DNA from: Trichinella spiralis
Taxonomy: Eukaryota
Direction: 5' to 3'
NCBI RefSeq assembly: GCF_000181795.1
Contig: NW_003526943.1
Coordinates: forward strand, 3,092,707 to 3,156,706
Length of the DNA: 64,000 nucleotides
This document shows, one piece after another, positions 26,503-40,979 of this stretch (position 1 is the stretch's first letter; each line of letters opens with the position of its first letter). The notes under the pieces were generated by a model. That model was not told the DNA's origin. It searched no databases and saw only the letters and a list, made by a program, of their open reading frames with translations. Position numbers and translations under genes: made by a program.

Positions 26503-29500
26503 GAAGAAGTAAGAAAACCTCTACGAAGAATCATAATGAAAATCAAAAATTTTTTTATCAAATAAAATCTGTAAAAGATTATGAAAAAATGCAATTTTGT
26601 TCTTTAATTCATTGAATTTAGCAATGCATGCTTAACAAGTTATGTAAATTTTATTAATGAAGCAATAAACCACTCTGAAATTATGCAGATAAAATGATTA
26701 CTTTAATAAAACATTGTAATGCCAAATCTAATATTTGGCTGGAATGCAATAAAATACATAGTATTTTAGATGTCCAAGATTATATTTAATTCACATTAAA
26801 TATTCTTAGAAATAAGCTTCAAAATATTATGCACATTTTAACGTTTAAATTAGTGATGAATGTTTACTGGAAATTATTCAAGAATTATTGTAGAATGTAA
26901 AAAGATTTATTTTACTTTAGAATATCAATTTTACTTAAATAGAAACTATAAATTGAGCATTTAAATAATTTTCCTTTTAAAATATTCAAAATAGAATAAG
27001 CTCTAAATTATTCATTATATGAAATGAAGAATGACAATCAAGATAGTGTGCGCAAGTGGGCAATTTATCGTTATGTAATAGCCATTGCTTTAACAAACTT
27101 CGACGTACAAATCGAACTAATGCTAATTTTATCATGCACAAGCATGTTCTTCTTATTCACTTTTTAATCAGAAAATCTTTGCTTGATATCTTTGCCGAAT
27201 CGAATCGCCTCTGCAGAAATGATGCAGATGCAAGATAAGATGCTGAATTAGAAAGTACTTCAAAAAATAATTTTATCTAAGAGCTGGTTTTTTCACAATT
27301 GAAGTAAAGTTTAAAAGTTAAGTCAGAATAGAATCCAATTTTCATCAATATATATATTAAACATTTCAATGGAATTTCTTAAGAAATGCAGAATGAAAAA
27401 ATTAACATCAAGAACCTATAAAGCATTTACATTTATATTGGATATTCCAAAATTAATAAATATATAACAATCATATACTAGTTTAAAGCGTTACGACAAT
27501 AAATTTTCAAAACTACAATAAAAAAGCATATATTTCTGTGCAGTAATGATGTAGTAACAATGCAGATGTAACAAGTAATAGTGAATTTAGAAAAGTCCAA
27601 CATTTACTTGTTATATTTCATTATCTCATTCAATAGATTCATATGCTTCTGAACAAACAAACTGCAGTGAGTGGTATTATTCAATTCGAAATTATAGTTA
27701 TCATAAGTAGTAAGCATTTAAGATTTGCAAAATACTTTTGCTATAAATGCATGCTAATAAGCCAAAAATAAATTATTTATACAAAATTTTAAAAATATTT
27801 TTTTCACAGTATTTTTCAATCATCCAATATCATTTAATTGTAGTTTTTATCATAAATATGAATAATACGTTTTTTGAAAATTAAAATATTAGGAAAAAAT
27901 GTCTGCATAGAACTGTTTTATGACATGCATGTAGAGAAAAAATACAAAAGAATTTATTCATATTTTGTCTAATGCATTCGTAAAATAAGACAATAAGCTT
28001 TGTTTTAGTATAATTACGCGCTGCTCAAAAGATTATTTTATCCAGCATGATCAAAATAAATTTTGAATATTCTTGCATACAAAATCAATCAGTTATGCCA
28101 CATTTTAAACTGAAATCATTTTGCGTAACATCAATACTTATTCATACGGATCATTCATCACAAAATAATAGATAATTTCATAAAAAAGGTTTTTCAGAAT
28201 CTTTTTTTAAGCATCTTACAATGTTAAATTACAGCTTTAAAATAAAATTTCTTATCAGTGTAGTTTTTATAGAAAACAATTTTGATTTTCAATCTACATT
28301 TTACCATCAAATAGCACATTTTGACAGCATTCAAAATTAAAAAAATGTTTTAAAAAATAATTCGAGTAAGTAATAAATTTATAAAAAAACGTTTACTGAA
28401 ATTAAAATTCGTATCATCAATTATTTTGATCAGTAACATTGATTGTCTGTCGATCTGTTAATTCGATTACATGGGTAGTGAAAAATTATATTTTACAATG
28501 TAGAAATATTATGTAGTATTTTTTGGTTTTGAATTATTTTTCATCAGCAATAAATATGTAAATATTTTTATTTCTGTTCATATTGTGCAATGTTTGCTTA
28601 AAAGCGATGAAAATGATGCTTAAAAGTGGAATAACGTTGGTTGGTGATCAAAGTGGACCGACCGAAAACGGCAAACAGCAATTTTCTCCACAAGTAACAG
28701 AAGAAAATTTAGATAAAATCAAAAATCAATCCACATTCAAAATTGCTCTTTAGTTTCTGACAAATATCCACTTCAGTAATTTTGAAAAACTCAAATGACC
28801 ATACTTTTCGATCAGAAAGATAATTTAGCTATCACATTGCAGAAGAAGTGGAATTTACTTTGGAAAAAGTTGTTCAACTGAAAAAGCTGCATTTCAGTTT
28901 CTTAAATTTAGCAATAAAAAACTAACAATATAAATGTAATAAATAATTTCCTTATGCTTATTTAAGGCTACTGTTATTTTTTTCTAAAATTTTTGTAAAC
29001 TACATTTATTCAGCAATGATTAGTTGAATGGATTAAATTTGAAAATGACAACAATCACTATTACATTTAGCTGAAATTCATCTTATTCATTTTCCTATAA
29101 TAATTCCTATAGAAGCGATAAAATAGTGTCATAATCACTTTGCATCAATTTATTGATTATAAACAACACTTCATTATTATGACATGATAGACTGACATCG
29201 ATAAGGTAGTGTATTTCGTTTTCAATAGATAAAATTTTTTTAATCTCTCATATTTTATCTCAAGTCTGCTTGTTTATCAAGTCTTCACAAAAATTTTGCT
29301 GATTTTCACGGTGCTTTCAAAAATCTATTTCTGTAATATCTTCCATCAAAAATATGCAATGTCTGTCATTTACAAAGAGGGAAAAGTGCAATATATGTAC
29401 AGAAATTAATATACATGTTATGAGTTTTCATAACACTTTTTAAAATAAGTTTGAGGAAAAAGCATTCTGTAATGTTATCACTGTATGATTATTAATTGTA

Positions 29501-32379
29501 AAGCTGTGGAAGCTTTTTTGAGCTTTTTAAAAGAATAACTTAAAATAGTTTACTTGCGGTTGTAAAAAATTTCTACTTCACATAATTCAAATTTTATAAT
29601 TGTGCTAATTTGAAAGTACGTTAAGAAATCCAATAATGTTGTACATGAGAAGGCATTTCGAAAAAAGCGAAAAAATATTTTTTTAATTGTATAATTAAAA
29701 CAGAGCTTTTAATCTAACATTTCAAAAAAAACCCTTTCAACAGTTATCAGCTTTTTTATTGGTTAGTCATGTTCAAATGATGTTGCAAATTTTCAATGAC
29801 ACACCGAAATTAATTTCTTTGTCTCCAACAAATTTACTTTGTCAAAATGTATTTATTTTATTTAAATTGCTTCAGGCATAACGATGTTACCTGTCATGCG
29901 TTCGGTTTTGAGCAAAGCAATAAAATTTTGGGAATGTGTGAAAAATTAATAAAAGGGGGATATATATATATATATTTATTTATTTATTTATAGATATACA
30001 TATATTTTTTATAATTGAAACTTTCACAGTTTCTCACAGCAAATAATTATTTCAATTTTACTCAACTATGATATAGATTTGCCTGTTACCCACATCGCTT
30101 GGTGATGCATTTATTTATTATTTTGCTTTCATGTTTGTTTACCTAACCAGCAGGCAGGTAGGCGTGGTGTGAAACTGCGGCATTGTTAAAATGCCTGTCA
30201 ACTGTTGGAAATAGCTGCCGGGAAAATGCTTCGACGTTGACCATTAAAAATCCTTTCCTTTAATTTCATCTTAAATTGTTTTAATGTTGCAACAATCACG
30301 CTAACATGTTTTCTTTCATGTTCCTACTAACGTCCAAAGTCACTTTTATGCTAATAAAAGATTGTTTAACAAAGCTTGAAATCTTTTCTCTCTTTGTTTT
30401 ATTTGAAAAACCATTCACAGTTTTTTTATTTGGATTTATTAAAATTAAGGTGTAAATTTTTTATAAGTTTGTTCAGGTGAATTTTGTTTATTTTTATTTC
30501 AAACTTTAATGTTTTCTTGCTGTTGACAAAGATTAAGAAGTATAAAGAGATGCCGATCACTGATTATATTATTCCAATATTGGTGTTTAACAGAAGCGAA
30601 CGCTACATATTTGTTGAAACATTCAGCAATTTCAAAGAAAAGTAAAATAAAATGAATAAATAAAAGTAAAATGTAAAGATATGCAACAATCCATCAATGG
30701 AACGACTCAAACTGTTGCACATATTTTTGCTAATTTTCAAAGCATGTGCTTGTTGCCGTGTATGTGTATGTGTGTGTGTATGAAGTGATTGCATCAATTG
30801 GTTGAAAACATAATTTCTTTTTTAGCACGTAAAAGTGAAAGCTGTGGAAACGTGTGCAATTTCAAAAACCATTAAATAAAACTGCTTGCTTTTCAAACCC
30901 TAAACAACGCATATTATTTGTACATATATATATATATATGGTTCCATTTTTATTTGTAATTCATATATGCATATATGTATGTATTGCCTCATGATTAAAC
31001 AAAATATGTTAATCTAGCGACTGGAAATAATATAAATCTTATCGGTGAGAAATTGTTGGCTTAACTTGTGAACTATTTGATCTCCTCTTTGTTATTGTGA
31101 TATCCACTTGACCTGTGAACTAAATACTTTAATCCATATGACATCAGTTATTTAAGCATAATTAAATAACAGCACGCTGTGCAAAAGTCATTTCACTTTT
31201 CAAAAATTGTGAAATACAACTAATATTTTTTTCTGTTTAACATCGGAGACAAAAATATAAATTATAAAAATAAGCATTAACTTTGCAGCTTTAGTATTTA
31301 AAGCTTTAAAAGTATTTTTGCTTTCAAACCAATGTTCTTAAAAGAAGAGATAAAGTAGATTTGGATATTCTACAGTTATAATAAAAGTAATACTAATGAC
31401 ACATATATATGTGCGTGTGTGTATGTTTATTTATATTTATCCGTATTTAGCAGTTATCGAAGACAAGATGAATGTGAAACAATGAAGCGTTGATATTGAA
31501 CAATCAATGTATAGTTGGAGAGTCGTCAACAAAGGGGTGGATCTACTTAGGTAAGTTGAGAAAGGGCGAGGGCACCCACTTTAACGACCCCCTTCTGACT
31601 GCGATCATGATGATTGTAGGTCGTCAGTGCAGTTGGACAAAAATTTAGCTTGACCGCTTAAAAGAACCGCTAATGCAATATTGCATTCCCACTTTTAAAA
31701 TTACTTTTCATTTAGCCTTGACATTGCAATTCATTGTGCATTGGTTGTGTTGGTATTAACAGAAAAAAACAATGACAATGTAGAACAATCGGACTCAAAT
31801 TGTAGGATTATTCAGGCGTCAACAGATATAATTAGCATTATCAAAGAGCATCATTAACAAGTCAGGAAGCCATTAAGTCAGTTTATGTAATACACACTGA
31901 TATAGCAAAACGATTTTTCCCCCACATCTGCTCATTGTTCTCTTCTGTTCATTGTTCTTCTCTGTGATGTTTAACACCAATTTGCAAGTGTTGAGGTATT
32001 TGTTCATACCAAAAAAAGTGTGAAAGTTGTTAGTATGCTTTTTTCTTCCATTCCGTTTAGATTATTTTCTTCATTAACAGCAGCACGGTTAATAAGTAAC
32101 ATTAATAGCCATTACGTAGGGAAAAAAGTTAAACATATTGTTATGCATGAGTACAAAAGTGAAATAAATTTCTTTTTTCAGAAAATGATGTCAGTATTGT
32201 GATAACTGTTTTAAATGTATGATTCTGATCCATTGCACAATGTCGAGGATATATGATTGTAATCACAATATGCTAATGAAATATGATCTTCTGCAAAAGT
32301 AAGTGATTATTTGTCGAAGCATAATTCCGGTCATTTGGCAGTGCATCTGTTCGTTCTGTTCACATTGATGTGAAAGCTG

Positions 32380-32800
32380 ATCTGCCGGGCTTTCCGCGTC
32401 CCCCCTGTCCGCAAAATAATAGAAAAAATTTTGACCGTTGGACATTTCTCACGTGTTTTCTCACGTGGATGTATTATTGGATCTTGCTAGTTGTTATTCG
32501 ACTTCTACTGCATGCAAGTGTCGTTGGATGGTTCCGTCGAGGGGTTCGGCCACTGGTCAGCGGGGGGTCGGCCTGACAGTGATACAATGGATGAGGCCGG
32601 TCACCAGGTGGCGCCTGAAATGAGGTCCAGGAGGACGTATGTTCGGGGTTGATGATTGGACGCCGGCGGCGGCACAACGGAGCCGCTCAGTCTGGCGTGC
32701 GGCGACGTTCACACCACGGCTGAGAGACGGCGTGGCGACGTTGTTCCGCTTGAACACAATTATTTTTCGTTCAGCTGCGCCAGAGGACGAGTGAGTTGGT
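32380..32800. promoter_or_regulatory. GC-rich upstream island of the BMP gene with Smad-type motifs
   Basis: Sharp GC rise in an AT-rich intergenic region. GGCGCC near 32610, GGAGCC-N5-GTCTG at 32679-32694, AGAC-N5-GGCGAC at 32725-32739. No convincing ORF. Confidence 0.5.
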
Positions 32801-34110
32801 GAGGCAGAAATTGGATTTGCATCAATCTTAACAAATTTCACATTCCCCCTCTTTCCATGCCAACATCCAACGACGAATCAGCAAGTTGGCCGCCACTTTG
32901 CACCAATATCATCGACCAGATTAGCACAGAATTTCCTCCTCGCATTTACAACTTTCTGTTCTAAAAGCTTCATTGTTTCCACTGTTGTTGATCCACTTCA
33001 ACATTTCTGATGTTAATAACATTGAATTATACGCCTCGGGCAGTGCAGTTTGTCCTAGTCGTTCACTCAACATTGTTTGGTAAGCAGAGAAAGTAAATTT
33101 CAGCTTTTCTCCTTTTTTCATGCTTTCTCGTCCATCAATGAGTGTTGTTTAGTTGGATGCTTGAATTTAGTTTTTTTGAATGAGGCCGCATGCACACCTG
33201 CCTTTTCTGGTTAGCTTATTGTCGACCGGCCGGCAGCTGCGATGCTTTGTCTGGCCGCGCTTCAAACCTCTCTCATCTTAAGCTAGTGTGTTGCCAAGCT
33301 ACTCTGACCTGGCTAGGTCGATGGCGAAATATCACCACCAACTATAACTGGGTTCATTTATTGCCAGCTGAAGAAAGTTCAACTAGCCAAATTTAAATTC
33401 TATTTCATTTCACAACTACAACCATTCACCATGTATACATACAAACTGACACACATACAGAGATATGTGAAAGCTTCATTGTAACGTTTCCATATCATCT
33501 TGGGACACAATTTCCTATATATTTATTTATATAAATTTGTGCTCGTTTCTTAAAAAAGAAAGTTTTTGTAATTTGCATGAAGTGTGATGCAGTTGTTATG
33601 CTTAACATCTCACACTTCATCGCATATTTTATTACCATTGTTAGGAGGGTTTTTTCCCTCGTCTTCATCATTTACTTTTCTCATTTTCATTTCATTTCTC
33701 CGTGTCACTCATACTCAGCCTCAGGCCAGGCAAATATTGACTAGCTAATCGAATTCCTCTTGCTGACCAGCAAAAAAATTCGCGCTAAAATGAGAAACAA
33801 ATCGTTCGTGCCGAGGGTCAGCAATCGTAAATATCATTGGCCTTAGCACCTGGCAGTTGGTTTTGTTTAAACGGGTTGGGCGTTCTAGCTAATGACGCAA
33901 CTTGTTGCTGGAATAAATAAATAAATATATCTATATGTATATTAAAATTCGGATATATATGCAAAATAATACTAATAGAAAATTTAAAAGAATAAAATGG
34001 CAATCCTTCGAAATCAGATTATTCTTGTACAGTTATGCATATACATATATATATGTATTTCTTATTTTAATGTTGATTTATTTTACAGATTGATCTAGTA
34101 TGTTGCCGAG

Positions 34111-36350
34111 ATGCGCTTCGGTCATTGTACGCCATTGTGGTTTGAGCCGCTGCCATTTTTGTTGCATTTGTTAATATTGCTGAACATTTTCTGTTGCAAT
34201 TCAATTTCGCTTTCTGTAGCCGAGATGACGACGACGGTGACCACTTTTGCTGGCAAAAAGTCACCTGAACTGTCGTCGTCGCCCAATGGTCAGCTTGACC
34301 AGACAGATTTGGAACGTCTGGAGAGGCATTTTTTGCGTGTTTTAAATTTGAAATCACGACCCAGGCCCACAGTTAAAGCAAAAGTGCCCGCTCGTTTGCA
34401 AGCATTGTACGAGCAGCTGACCAATGAACAAAACTCGGCACAGTCGTTGCCGGTACCCCCATTTTGGAACAATGCCCGGACATTTCAACCGAAATGTAAG
34501 TCTTTTTTCTTTTCTAGAAAAACAAATTACCATAAAATTGTAAAGAATATCAGTTTACACTTTTTAGTTTCCATCATGCACAGATTATTGAATAATTTTC
34601 ATAGTTATTCTCACCAATTATGATTCTTTGCTTTATTGTCATGAATCAAAAATTGCTAGGGATAGAGAGAAATTATTTATGTGCAGTTACAAATGTGTTG
34701 TTTAAAGATAAAACATTTCAAAATTGGAGCGAACTTTTTTAATGTTTTGTATTTCACGCTTTAAATGCAATTTCAAAGGTCAAATGTGAGAGATGTCTTT
34801 GAACTCTAAGATGCAAGAATTGCTTTTGAAATTGCTTGAATTTTGTCAGCTTTGATGGGATGTTTTTCACCAAACAAGCAAGCTGCTTATTGAACATATT
34901 CAAGATTATTTTTTCGAACTTGTGTGCGTGTGTGTGATTGTTGTTGTTATTTTTGTTATCTTCATTGTATTTATTGGTTTTTTTAAACATCTTTATGTTC
35001 GTGTTTATTTTATTTTCAAGTATAAAAGAAAGTCATAAAGTAAAAATTTTATGACTAATTATAGAATCTTCGAGAATGGAACGGACCAATGATGCTCTGT
35101 TGTCATGCTTTGTAGTGCTATGCAGAAAAATATAAAACCAGAGATCCAGTTTAACATGCTTTTCATAAAGGTGACCTGTTGTAATTTAATGATGTGAAAA
35201 GTTGAATATCTTTTCAATTCCCATAGCATAGGCACCTGAATCATTTGTAAATTTCTTGCACTGAATGGAACAAAAAAAGCAATTATCACAGTTTTTATTG
35301 AGTAATTGAACAGGGAAAAGATGAAATCTAAAGAAAAAAACTTTTTTTATAATTATATATGATTTTTAATGATATTTTTTCTGATCCGAATTCGTGTGTT
35401 TATTATTTTGTAATGTATTTTTTACTTTGTTTAAAAATTTTAAGTATTTGTGTAAATTTAAGAGGAAAATTTTTTTTGTAATCGTATAAAAAGTATTATT
35501 TTGCTGCAAGTTTTATTTAAGAAATTTAGTTCATCTGTGTTAAATTTCATTCAAAATATGTTGAGCCATTTAGATCGAAAGAAGGTTTAAAATGAAATAT
35601 TACACAGCAAAGGTTTTCTATTCCATTACGTTATCCGCGCAGCAAATTCCGCTTTGCAGTTTTAATGGCTCAAGTTTTATATGTGATGAAATGATAATAG
35701 TAGTTGGGGATGTGAAATATGAAGCTGGCTTCATTGCAAGCATCTTATTCTTGAATTTTGATCTTCAATACTTTTACTCGATTGCTTGCTTATATATTGA
35801 TATTTTGTCACATACCTGCCACATTCTTTCACTGTTTCTGAATAACCAACTTTATAATTTTATCAGATAGTTATACGAAAGTTTTTTTTGTAAACCACCA
35901 TTTCTATCTTTAATTGAAAATTTCTTCATAATTCAGTGCTTTATTCCATTTTGACATTTTAAATTGACAAAGTGAAAAATCTGTTGATTCTATATCATAC
36001 TGAATTCCATACATGTATACAATAGATTATTTATTGCATATTTTTTAAAACATATCAATACTGTTTTTTATTTTTCTTTTATGTTACAACCAATGTACGT
36101 GTGAACGGACGCTCAGTTCAGACAGTACAGATTTGTTTCATATTTAGCCTTTCTCAGCATAATGTATTTTGCTTTGGTTGCTAGAAAATTGCCATAAGCA
36201 TGTTAATTATTTAATGGTTAAGGATGATGGCATTTTGAGGTGATCGTCATGTTGACAGCAACACGCCATAGCTGGAAATAATTTTTATAATGCGTCAAAA
36301 GAATTTTTTGTACTTGACAGAATCTCTCACACAATGATACTTTCCATCTA

Positions 36351-36395
<45 letters not shown>

Positions 36396-37296
36396 TAAGC
36401 TTTTAATTAATGTAAAAATAAATGTAAAAAACATTAACGAATCACGTTAACATTAATGTTTCAATGTGCGCCTTCTAATTTATACATTTAGATTCTATTT
36501 CTGTTATTCTGTATTATATAAAGCTGAACGATGAGATGAGAGGACATGCTTTTTTTTCATATAAGAATCTAGAATTATTTGTTTTTGATACTGCTCAGCC
36601 GTTCATTAAAAAATTGTTTCAATACAATTAATTCTACGCATTATTTATTATACATACTGCAAGGTAACGTATTGTAGTTGTATTTGTATGCTGTTTAAAA
36701 GTTGAAGTTTAAAATCTTATGTAAATTACTTTATGAAAACAATTGAATGAAGGGATGAAAAAAGGAAACACAACTTGTTCTTATTGAACACTTTGTTTTC
36801 AAGTAATAAATTGCAGGCACTGCTGCTACAGAGATTATTTAATTCAAGTACTATTATTCAAGTCATCAACATTTTTTGCATTGTGTTTAAGACAAAGTAC
36901 ATTTGAGCTTTTTTATTTTTAATTTACTGAATAGCTAAATTTGTGTGGTTCACGTGTGGCAGTCAGCAAGCAGTAGAGATGAAATTCACAAGCCCGCATT
37001 ATCTATCTATATTTATAGCAAGTGAAATTGTAAACCTTAGAAATTGAAACCTCGTATAGGTTTCACATTGCAGTTTTTTATTACATATATTTATATTATG
37101 AATTGTTTAAATTTTTGAAAGTTTCATATAATTTTATTAGAATATAAAATGACTTTTTATAAAATAAGACAAAAGAAGTTTCAGATAAAACTTTATAAAA
37201 ATATTTTTGCAAAAAGTATTCGTTTTCATAGGAATGTACGCATAAATGCGTCTGTGCAGATAATTATTTTTATTCATTACCGATGAGATAGATAGG

Positions 37297-37341
<45 letters not shown>

Positions 37342-38479
37342 GAAAATTGTTATATGATAAATTTTTTTAATAATAAATTTAATTTTAGCTGATGAATCAT
37401 TGTCGGAATCGGATATGCTAAGATTCGATTTGCATACGTTACCGCCAGACGAAGTGCTCGAAGGAGCAGAATTATCAGTATTTGTCGAATCTAGTCGTCA
37501 TCGTACCAGAGCTGAGACGCCAGCGTTGTTGTCAAATGAAAAACGAGTATTGGATGAGAGGAATAGGAAGGTGAATAGGAAAGAAGAAAATCAGCTCAGT
37601 ATGACCAGAGTGGTAGTAGTGGAGAATAAAAGCAATAAAAAGCAAAAAGATATACTAATGATAAATCAAGACAATAGAGGAGGTGGTGTATCAGAGTTGG
37701 AATTTGAGTTGGATTTAGAAGAATCGCCTAAATCCGAAGAAGAAACGTCAAAACATAGACGACGACACTCTGCAAGATTGCGATTGGATGCTTATGAATT
37801 GGTGCGCAATCACAGTGTGTTGGTGGACACGGTGCTTGTGGACTGTGATGCAGGCGAACGTTGGGTCTCGTTCGACTTGAGCGCCACTGTCCGTCGGTGG
37901 CTCATGTCACCGTACAAATCTGGCACTGTGCAGTTGCGCACTTCCGGATCCAAGTCGGATTGTCATTTCATATTGTTACAGTCAGCGAAACTTTCATCCC
38001 GGTCACCGTTGCTGACCGTGATGACCTCGGATGCTGACTCACGGGCCAACAGCAATGGTCGAAGTAGATCGAAACGTCGGGCTGCAGTGCCGTCCAAACC
38101 GAAGGCGGAACGGCGACACGGGGGCGGTGGTCGTCGGCACAGGCACAAAACATACCGGCGCCGTCAGCTCTGTCAGCGGCACGAACTGTATGTGGATTTC
38201 GAGTCAGTCGGCTGGAACGATTGGATCGTCGCCCCGCCCGGCTACAAAGCCTACTACTGTCAGGGAGATTGTCCGTTTCCGTTGAACGATCACTTGAACG
38301 CTACCAATCATGCCATTGTGCAAACGTTGGTCCATTCGGTCAATCCAGGGGCGGCGCCGAAATCTTGCTGTGTGCCGACCGAGCTCAGCCCGATCAGCAT
38401 GCTTTACCTGGATGAGTATGATAAAGTTGTGCTCAAAACTTACCAGGACATGGTTGTCGAAAGTTGTGGATGTCGTTGA
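34111..38479 (+). CDS. dpp: BMP2/4 (decapentaplegic)-class TGF-beta ligand, 2 exons (34111-34495, 37389-38479)
   Basis: Hydrophobic signal region; prodomain [17 protein letters not shown] and [13 protein letters not shown]; furin site RSKRR; seven-cysteine mature domain [52 protein letters not shown]. The phase-1 intron joins in frame. Confidence 0.95.
36355..36391. repeat. (TA)n microsatellite in the BMP intron
   Basis: Direct observation; similar TA-rich tracts at 1562-1612 and 61663-61680. Confidence 0.9.
37287..37341. repeat. (GATA)n microsatellite just upstream of the BMP exon 2 acceptor
   Basis: Tandem GATA units with one GGTA variant. Confidence 0.9.
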
Positions 38480-39902
38480 TCCAAATGAATAGAAACAAGC
38501 CAAGCACAAAACTTTTCTTTTTTGATCGCTACTTTCAAATTAAAGCTTATTTGTTATTTAGAATTGTCTTCACGCTATCATATTTGCAAAAATTATTATT
38601 ACAACCAACTCAACTCAGTGTATGCTCATCTATCTGATCGGATAAATAACACCCAAAGACACCCACCTAGCGGTTGGTTATTGCTTGAGATTTGCAATTG
38701 TAAGACAAAAAGGAAAGAACAGGGGTAATAATTTTCCAATAATCCTCAGCAATGATTTCAAAAATCTTCACAATCAAATTAATAAAACTTGTAGCAAATT
38801 TGAAAAAATGTGCGCAAAATTTAGCTTCTCCACCATTAAATTTATAGAATTCTGTAAAATTCGACAATTTATGTTTCAGTTGAAAATAATGAAAGCAAAC
38901 TAATAATAAAAGTAGAAACTTCCACATCAAATGCATAAGCATAGAAGAGAGAACTATATTAATGGAAAAATTAAAAATTTTCAGTACAAAATGGACAATG
39001 AATATGATATTTAAATTAATATGACAAATATTTTTAACAAATTTATTTTATCTTATAAAGAATTGAAATATGATTTAAGAAAGAAAAAAAGTAAAGCAAA
39101 ACTTGAAAAAAAGATTAAAAAATAGTTTTTCAAGTGTTTTCAAATGATACGAGAAAGTGAGATCATTTTTCTTCAGTAAAACATACCGACCGATCGGCAA
39201 ACAAGTAAAACAACACAGAGAACTTAAAAGCAGCTGAACGACTCATCATTTGATCGATGATCACAGCGGCGTTGGGAAATGTGAAACAATTTTCAAATTT
39301 CAATCAAACCATTAAATTGCTTCTCTTTTGGAAATTTAAGGTTTATGAAGCAATTTCATCCGATAAATTGCCAACTTGCCCGTTTATTCTTCCCATTTTT
39401 AATTGTAATTTTCGATTTAAGTAAAATTCGACAAACGTGATCACACAATCAACCTATAAATATTCCTGTCGGCAAACCCTTTGTGCTCATTTTCATTTTT
39501 TGTCGGCAAGCAGCATTTACCATCTATCAACCTACCTATCAATTTATACAGTATACCATTTGTTCGAACTTCTTTTTTTCAAATGTGCTTTTGTTCAATT
39601 TAATAAATACAAATTTTTCTGAAAACATTTCAACGTCTCCTAAAACCACTTTACGGTATCTCAATTTTTAAATCTCAACGAGCAAAAAATTCAATCAGAG
39701 TTTTATCTCTACTGAGACCTTACAGATCTGAATAGAAATTTAATATTTACACATGCGACACTTGCACACAGATCGCAAAATAAATTTCATGATGCATACA
39801 TATAATAACGACTTTCATATTTGTACTTCTTGCGTATTCGGAGAAGAAACACCATAAAATAAAACTTTAGAATTACGAGTACAGCAATAAGGGTAAACGA
39901 AA

Positions 39903-40979
39903 TCACGTCACTGGATCCAGTGGTCGATTAAAACCTCCACGACGATTCATGTACTGTCGATATTTGCGTTTTTTGTGAATATGAGCATCTCCAGCACAAT
40001 TGTTTTCTACCTTTTTTCCCTAAAATGAAAGCACTGTCTATATACCAGAACAATAGTTAAAAAACTTAGTTCAGCACACTTTTGTAGTATCAAAGCTAGA
40101 GAATCCGAGAATTTCCTTCATAGCTGCTTGATCATCACTCCCCAATTCTAAATTTGTGCTATCATCTAAAACACAACAGTAAAATACAGCTGTAAAAGTA
40201 TTACTTCAAGTGGCATTTACTTTTTTTTCTTTCTTTTTCTCGATGATCCCGGCGATCTCGTTTTTCATGTCGTTCGGAAGACCTGCAAATTTAAATTCTT
40301 GATTTCAGCAATTAAGAAACTGAAAACTGAAACCAGTTACAATTATCATACAGAATAGTATGTTAATTTTAGGCTAAATTAACTTTAAAACAAAAAAATC
40401 AATACTACATTTAATAAACAACAATGAAAAATAAATACTTTATTTTTTTGTATGTTACAGTATTCAAAAATCTAGCTTAAAAAACACAAGACTAAAAAAT
40501 ATCCGTATAAACGTCTGTTTAAAAAATATATGAATTTAAAATTATACATGAAGTAAAAATGCTCTTTTACCTTGTTCGGTGTCGTCTTTTCCGGTCGTGA
40601 CGAGATCGAGATCTAAATTAAAACTTTTATTTAATCAAAAAATATTTAATACTTTATAAATAATTATTCACATACTGTTAAGCAATACAATACTTTACTA
40701 TTAAGCTTCTATTCAAATAGTATTTAATTATTAAAAATAAAAATTTACAGATGCTACTTCTGCCTGCTCGTTGTACTTTACTGTAAATGCTCAATTCAAT
40801 CATTTGCAACATAAAACAGTAAAAAAAATCCCTCTATTACCGTTCTCTTGGACTTCTCGATCTTCTTCGATGATAAGCACGAGATCGTCTACCATCTCAA
40901 ATAACAAATTTAACTTAAAAATTGACAAATAAAACTGCTTAAACAAATTACCTCTATCCCGTGAACGACTACGGGCCAT
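39903..40979 (-). CDS. SNRNP27: U4/U6.U5 tri-snRNP 27 kDa protein
   Basis: RS-rich N-terminal exons (MARSRSRDR), [21 protein letters not shown], and C-terminal [23 protein letters not shown]. Confidence 0.92.

Noticed and set aside
32370..33396. Cluster of short ORFs in the GC-rich region upstream of BMP
   Set aside because: They overlap on both strands with no domain or splice support, as expected from the raised GC content.
23751..38479. Astacin next to a BMP ligand as a tolloid-dpp functional pair
   Set aside because: The protease has the short nematode astacin-EGF-CUB layout, not the multi-CUB tolloid/BMP1 layout, and astacins are a large family; adjacency is not evidence of a link.
37389..38479. 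Host contamination or horizontal transfer of a vertebrate BMP
   Set aside because: Contiguous with an AT-rich intron and nematode-style splice sites, and the prodomain is highly divergent from vertebrate BMPs.
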